The notes under the pieces: generated by a model
Database searches by the model: none
Seen by the model: only the letters and a program-made list of their open reading frames with translations
Told to the model about the DNA's origin: nothing
Shown here: positions 58,810-64,000 of the stretch, piece after piece
Position numbering within the stretch: position 1 is the stretch's first letter
Layout of the letters: each line of letters starts with the position of its first letter
Position numbers and translations under genes: made by a program
From: an uncultured Candidatus Peribacteria bacterium
GTDB lineage: Bacteria > Patescibacteriota > Gracilibacteria > Absconditabacterales > Absconditicoccaceae
Assembly (NCBI GenBank): GCA_964642385.1
Contig: CAZXON010000001.1
Span: 150,532-214,531, forward strand
Length of the DNA: 64,000 nt
Direction of reading: 5' to 3'

Positions 58810-58974
58810 ATGAATAGGAAAATTATTTGAACTGCTTTGATCGTGGGAAGTGTTTTATGATGTTCACCAAGCACACCAAATACCAAATCTGCACCACCTA
58901 GGGAAACAGTTGAAACGACGATTTCTGGAGATTCGGCAAAAGAAAAGAAAAAGATACCACAGCTCGTGAAATAA
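58810..58974 (+). CDS. short lipoprotein ORF (54 aa), probably the displaced 5' end of the downstream L,D-transpeptidase gene
   Basis: MNRKIIGTALIVGSVLGCS.. (the lipobox Gly is TGA). TAA 58972-58974 follows an A-rich run. The protein-like sequence continues in another frame. Confidence 0.45.
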
Positions 58975-59230
58975 CAAAGACAATCGACGAGGAAGTTTTT
59001 TCTTACAATATCAAAGATCTTATCAAAAAAAATGACCCATTAATAACAACATCAAAAAGTTATAGTATGATTTACGCCTTGGGGACACAAGACTTAGAAC
59101 CAATATTAAAAAATTACAATCCTCACTTGATGAAAAAAGGTAAAACAATTGAGCAACAAAAGAGACAAGTTATAAAAACATAGATAAATTAGAGGTACCA
59201 TCAATCTTTCCTAGTGTAAAAGAGTTTTTC

Positions 59231-60088
59231 TTGCCCAATATAGATAATTTCCTAGCTGACAAGCCACATATCCAACAAATTATGAGGGATTTTTTCAGCA
59301 AATATCCAGAAGCCAAAAAAAAGTTTGATATAGACAAAACATGCGTAATCACAACCAAGCTACCAAACGGGAAAATGGGAACTGCCTATTATGAAAATGG
59401 TCAAGTACAACTTGCTTGACCAACATCAATTGGCAATGGAAAGCGATATAGAAACAAATACAGAAATGGTTGAGAAGATAGTTATTTTCACGCACGCTCA
59501 CCACAAGGATGATTCTTTTTTAGAACATATGTACCAAAAAAAAGGAACAAAGATAGAGATGCCATGACAAACTATTTGGAATTAAACGCGACAAATAAAC
59601 ATGGAAATATGCGTGGGTTGTGATATCACTGATGACAAAGAGTGACTGGAGATCCAGCGTCTCATGGTTGTTTTAGATTTATCAATATGCTGAGTGATCA
59701 ACTTACAAAAAAAGTAAAAATAACAAAATGGGAAAATGGTGAAATAAAAACTTATGGAACACCATGCTTTGCTGGATGGGAACCATATACGCAAGAGCTT
59801 GACAGCGTTGACTATTATACAAAGTGGCATCCGAATCTCGCGAAAAATCGGCTAGAAAAACAAGATAAGATTGCACTAAAAGATAAAAGCAAAGTCAATC
59901 CGTATAAAGAAAAAATAGAAAAAATTATAAAGTGACAAACTACTATCCAAAAAGAAACCACAAAAAATGTATGAATAGACTCTAGAAAGATAGAAGACGA
60001 AAAAAAAGATACTATCAAGAAAAAGGAAATTGATAGCATCGTAACAAACGCTTTTTTAAATGATACTACACAAGGTGTTTCAAAATAA
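59231..60088 (+). CDS. L,D-transpeptidase (YkuD) domain protein, 5' boundary unresolved
   Basis: Track ORFs 59231-59419 and 59642-59935 are co-framed and join across TGA. Motifs ..YYENGQVQLAGPTSIGNG.. and the catalytic ..GDPASHGCFRF... TAA 60086-60088. The frame is open from 59144. Confidence 0.75.
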
Positions 60089-61262
60089 TTTTCTTTAGGT
60101 CTTCTACGCCCTCGCTTGTGATAGCTGAAACAAAAAATGGATTCAAATGAGCATAGTTTTCTTGTATCGCTGTTTTTTGTTCCTCACTAATAGCGTCAAT
60201 TTTGTTGAAAACATAGAGCTTTGGTTGGTCGGCATGAATGCTTTTGAGTATCTCATCAACGATGTCAATTTTTTCTGAAAAATGTGGATCAGACGCATCA
60301 ACAACATGCAACAGAAGTTGCGAATAAATACTATCTTCCAGCGTTGACCTAAAAGCTTCAATCAGCTCAGGTGGCAATTCGCGGATAAATCAAATAGTAT
60401 CATTCACAAGAATTTTTTGATGTACATACGGCGTATGCGCGAAAACATTATCTGTTGTAGTTTGTCAATATTTCTCATCATCTAGGTGAGGTGGTTTCAT
60501 CTCTCCTACCGATGTTCCTAGCGTCGCAAACAATTTGTTCTCGATCAATATATCTTTTCCTGTTAGATTGTGCATCAGTGCGGATTTCCCAGCATTTGTA
60601 TATCCTACGATTCCAACAGTAAATAAATCTTTGCGAGCTCTTCACGCACGATGCAATCAACGAGTTTTTTGGTATTTCTCTAACTCTTTTTTGATAACTA
60701 GCGTTTTGTCTTTTAGATGTCTACGCATACGCTCCGTATTAGTTTCACCGATTCATCTTCCCGCTCTTCAACCAGCTCATCATGTTCATCATCACTGACG
60801 CGATAACTCCATCCCCATACCAAAAATACGAGGTCACATATGGTGAATCGCTGCGAGTTCTATTTGCAATCTGGCTTCAGTGCTTTGTGCATGACGTTCA
60901 AATATCTTCAAAATAAGATCTACACGATCCCATACTTGAATATTGTCTTTACGAAACAATTCTGAAACATTATAAACCTGTCATGGTTTCATGATATTTC
61001 AAATAATGAGCAGATGAGCATCGTTTGCAATCATATCTTCCCTGATTTCTTCTAGTTTTCCTTTTCACACATAGGTACGATAATCGGGTTGCGTGCGCTT
61101 TTGCAATGTTTTGACAATCACTACTCATTTGTATGTCGTAACCAAACTTTCTAACTCTATTAAACGAGTTTCAATTTGTTCAGCAGGAAATGTTGGCGGA
61201 ACTATATCAACTATGTATACACGGAGTTGATCAGAAATTTTGGATGTATCTTTTTCTATCAT
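60066..61262 (-). CDS. hflX: GTPase HflX (398 aa)
   Basis: Motifs GIVGYTNAGKSALMNxLTG-like G1, DTIGFIRELP and FNKID. N-terminal HflX domain reads ..ARLQIELA... Track ORF 60066-60377 is in frame with ATG 61262. TAG at 60066-60068. Confidence 0.9.
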
Positions 61263-61282
61263 ATGAAGATGAGATATCTAGT

Positions 61283-61405
61283 AAAATATGCCTCTAAACA
61301 ATGCTCTTTTTTCTGCTTACAGAAAGAAAAAAAAAAAACAAAGCGAAGAGTATAGACAGATTATAGACACCATTAGATGTTGACTTTTCTACAATCTTAA
61401 TAAAA
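61283..61405 (+). repeat. diverged copy of the CTCTGAACGAGG element
   Basis: aaaatatGCCTCTaAACaAtGCtcttTTtTCTGCTtaCAGAAAGaaaa..cGAAGaGtATAGacAGATTATAGACACCATTAgATgTT..TTTTCTACAATc. Confidence 0.7.
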
Positions 61406-61471
61406 TCTATTGTATATGCACAGTATATACAAGCAGCTACTAGAATCTCATTTATTTTCAGCTAGAGAATA

Positions 61472-61762
61472 TTATTTTACTTTTTTGAGTATCCACTTCC
61501 CTATCATTGTCTGATATGGAACACCCTTTTTTTCTGCTTTCGCTTTTACACGCTGAAGTGTCTTTGATGAGATTCTTATGCTAATCACTGCGTCTTTAAC
61601 CTCTTCTGGTTTAGAATCTGTCACTTTAGTCACTGGAAGTTTTTTTGTTACAGAGCTTTTCGCTACTAATTTTTTTGCAGGTTTTTTTGCAGGTTTTTTC
61701 GCTACTAATTTTTTTGCAGGCTTTTTTGTTGTAATTTTTTTGGTAGGTTTTTTGGTTTTCAT
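61472..61762 (-). CDS. Lys-rich (histone H1-like repeats) protein with C-terminal BrnA/ribbon-helix-helix antitoxin-like domain (96 aa)
   Basis: MKTKKPTKKITTKKPAKKLVAKKPAKKPAKKLVAK.. followed by ..VISIRISSKTLQRVKAKAEKKGVPYQTMIGKWILKKV. Corresponds to track ORF 61472-61804 with the internal ATG at 61762. Confidence 0.6.
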   Translation of the reverse strand: MKTKKPTKKITTKKPAKKLVAKKPAKKPAKKLVAKSSVTKKLPVTKVTDSKPEEVKDAVISIRISSKTLQRVKAKAEKKGVPYQTMIGKWILKKVK

Positions 61763-61925
61763 TGGTATAGTATAAATAATTAAAAGATAACTGTTCGTAA
61801 ACATAATGCCAAAAATTTTTAATGTAGTACCGATATATTATACAAAGATTATATGTATATACAAGAGATTTTTATAATAAAAAACTCTCATGTTACAAAA
61901 ACACAAGAGTTAAATTCGATTCGTT

Positions 61926-62705
61926 TTACGGATGCAAAACCCAATCGTTTTGAAAAATGTTTTCAACTGTATCCTCATATTTTGCAAGATAATATTCCAT
62001 TATCTCTTCTTTTGTAAGGACGGTTTTTTGTACAGGCGTTGTCGGTACTGTGATTGTTTCTAGAGCAACAAAGTACTCTATACTGAATCTTTTTTTTAGT
62101 GCCGGAACGAAATCTTCGGATTTTTTCACAAGGCCAATTGTGAGCGTATCCGGCGTGACAATATAAACCACTTTTTCTTTTATTCCATTTGGTGGATATA
62201 AAATGTTGAGACGCTTTTCAAAGCCAATCATGAGTGGCTTAATTTCATCGCCAAAAACTTCTGTTTTGTACAACCAGTGCACATAGCTAAACGGCCATGT
62301 AGAATAAATTAGGTCATAGTCGTGCCTAAATTTCCTTACGTGCATAATCTGGTCGTATGGAAATCTTTCATAGTACATCGCATACGGGATGGTTTTTTCA
62401 TCCTGTTGACATAGTGAGTGCAACAACTGATACGGTAGCCACCACAAGCCATCATTTTCACGACAGATTTTTTGCCCCTCCTTCTCGATAGCCTCAGCCA
62501 CCACACGATACCCCGTACAGTTTTTACTGTACCAACAAGTTGTTTTCAACCGCCGGTATGCCGTTGGAAGAAGCTCAATCAACGCATTGTAATAGTAGTT
62601 TTCTTCAACTACTTTGGTGGCGGCTCCATTTGTGGATTGGGAGCGTACTTGTGAAAGACCATCAATTTCCGATTTTTTCTTTTTTTTCCAAAATGTTGTT
62701 TTCAT
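61926..62705 (-). CDS. hypothetical Trp/Tyr-rich protein (259 aa), free of TGA codons
   Basis: The longest intact ORF in the standard-code track. All 9 Gly residues are GGN codons. ATG at 62705, TAA at 61926-61928. No family recognised. Confidence 0.65.
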   Translation of the reverse strand: MKTTFWKKKKKSEIDGLSQVRSQSTNGAATKVVEENYYYNALIELLPTAYRRLKTTCWYSKNCTGYRVVAEAIEKEGQKICRENDGLWWLPYQLLHSLCQQDEKTIPYAMYYERFPYDQIMHVRKFRHDYDLIYSTWPFSYVHWLYKTEVFGDEIKPLMIGFEKRLNILYPPNGIKEKVVYIVTPDTLTIGLVKKSEDFVPALKKRFSIEYFVALETITVPTTPVQKTVLTKEEIMEYYLAKYEDTVENIFQNDWVLHP

Positions 62706-62998
62706 AGTCAATTTTTTTATTTATTTGTTTATTGTTTGTTTACTTATGCGATTTTCTATTCCCTAAACGAAACACCAAAAACGCAGTATGTCAAGTATAC
62801 CAAAATACAATTGTTTTGCAAGATAGATTTGTAGTCAAATTCGCACTTAAAATTCTCTCCCAAACAAGCGGAATCGTGCTTTTATGATTAGAATTGGCCT
62901 GTTGATCGTGGTATAAGTAAAACATTTCTAATACAAAATTTTGTCCGGAAAAAGAACTAGCAAAAAACCTAATAAGCACAAAGAACTACCAAGAAATA

Positions 62999-64000
62999 TT
63001 ACAGCGCCGTATAATCCACGAGATTGCTCTCTCCGGTTGCTCTTTTGACAACCTCTACCATATTTTCTCCTTCTGCAAGAGTTTTATCAGAGATAATTAT
63101 TTGATATGCATATCCTATCAAGTCAGCATCTTTCAATTTCATTCATGGAGAAATCGCTCTATCGTCAAGCATCACTTGATCACTTTCAGAACCAACTTCC
63201 ACTCAGTGTAATAAATGGTCATATATCTCTTGTGCTTTCTGAGTCGCTTTTTCGCCGATAGGGATGATGATATATGTAAATGGCGCAAGTGCTTCTGGCC
63301 AACAAATTCCTTTTTCATCGTGATACGCTTCTACAACCGTTCCCATCAATCTGCCAATACCGATACCATAACATCCCATGTAAACATGGTTTTTTTCGCC
63401 TTGCGAGTTTGTATATACAACATCAAACGGTTGAGAAAATTTGGTATTTAATTTAAATATATTTCCCACTTCGATAGTTTTGAGCTCTTTGAGTTGTTTA
63501 GCGTCAAGGTCGAACTCTACTCTTACTTCTGGGTCGTTGATTATCTCATCATTGAAAGCAATATTGGTAGTTTCATCCAAATAGATAGTATCCTCTCATG
63601 CAGCACATACTGTTTGAAATTCATGAGAAAATTTGCTAAAAGTTCATCCAGATGCATATGTCAAAAATGTTCTATCTGCAATTCACATCTTGTCAAAAAT
63701 ATTGATATATGCTTGCTTTTGGATTTCATAGTATCTATCAAGATCTTCAGCTGATGTATGAAAACTATAACAATCTTTCATCAAAAACTCACGTCCTCTC
63801 AACAATCACGACTTCGCTCTTTTTTCGTCACGAAATTTGCTTTGAAACTGATAGACAGCAAGTGGCAAATCTTGATACGATCAAATAAATTTTTTGATAA
63901 GCGGAGTTACAACCTCCTCATGCGTAGGGCCCAATGCGTACTCTATTTTAGAATAAAACGACGTAAATTTAAAAAGATTGTCCATATTATCCCAACGATC
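62999..64000 (-). CDS. proS: prolyl-tRNA synthetase, C-terminal part (gene runs off the window)
   Basis: Motif ..[36 protein letters not shown]... Track ORF 63203-63580 extends across TGA. TAA at 62999-63001. Confidence 0.88.

Noticed and set aside
60066-60088. The 23-nt convergent overlap of the L,D-transpeptidase and hflX 3' ends as a regulatory antisense feature.
   Set aside because: A short tail-to-tail overlap is common in compact genomes, and no structure or conservation argument is available from this window.
61650-61745. Short tandem DNA repeats as a possible CRISPR or minisatellite.
   Set aside because: They are in frame inside a CDS and encode KKPAKKLVA repeats. There is no repeat-spacer architecture anywhere in the window.

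Overview
This is an AT-rich bacterial chromosome segment that is only coherent under genetic code 25 (UGA = Gly), as known from Gracilibacteria and Absconditabacteria (CPR lineages). The supplied standard-code ORF track is shattered. Same-frame fragments join across TGA into about 60 densely packed genes. All CDS coordinates below are my own code-25 joins, checked for frame against the track.

Housekeeping genes: recJ, recG, guaB, glyA, folD, rnhB, trmB, murE, ssb, lepB, hflX, proS (partial), HU, an ECF-type sigma factor, a SufS-like desulfurase, a cyclophilin, and one tRNA-Leu(CAA).

Accessory modules:
- A locus with a VirB4 ATPase, a triple VirB2/TrbC-like ORF, a Wzy_C ligase and a prepilin peptidase.
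- A three-gene module centred on a 1049-aa TGA-rich protein that ends in an anthrax-LF/PPEP-like HExxH peptidase.
- A protein of about 765 aa with a RelA/SpoT-like core.
- A 1097-aa polytopic, vWA-like surface protein.

Intergenic DNA carries two dispersed repeat families, all copies in the same orientation. One is a roughly 115-nt 'CTCTGAACGAGG' element with at least 7 copies. The other is a GC-rich long-hairpin element with 3-4 copies. There are also AT-rich TTAATCATTAA boxes and other GC-rich structured islands.

Other observations: a 1.35-kb two-gene insert bracketed by a duplicated mutY-like 5' end, several TGA-free ORFs, apparent frameshifts at A-runs, and near-leaderless gene starts. 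I recognised no rRNA, CRISPR array, transposase or integrase.
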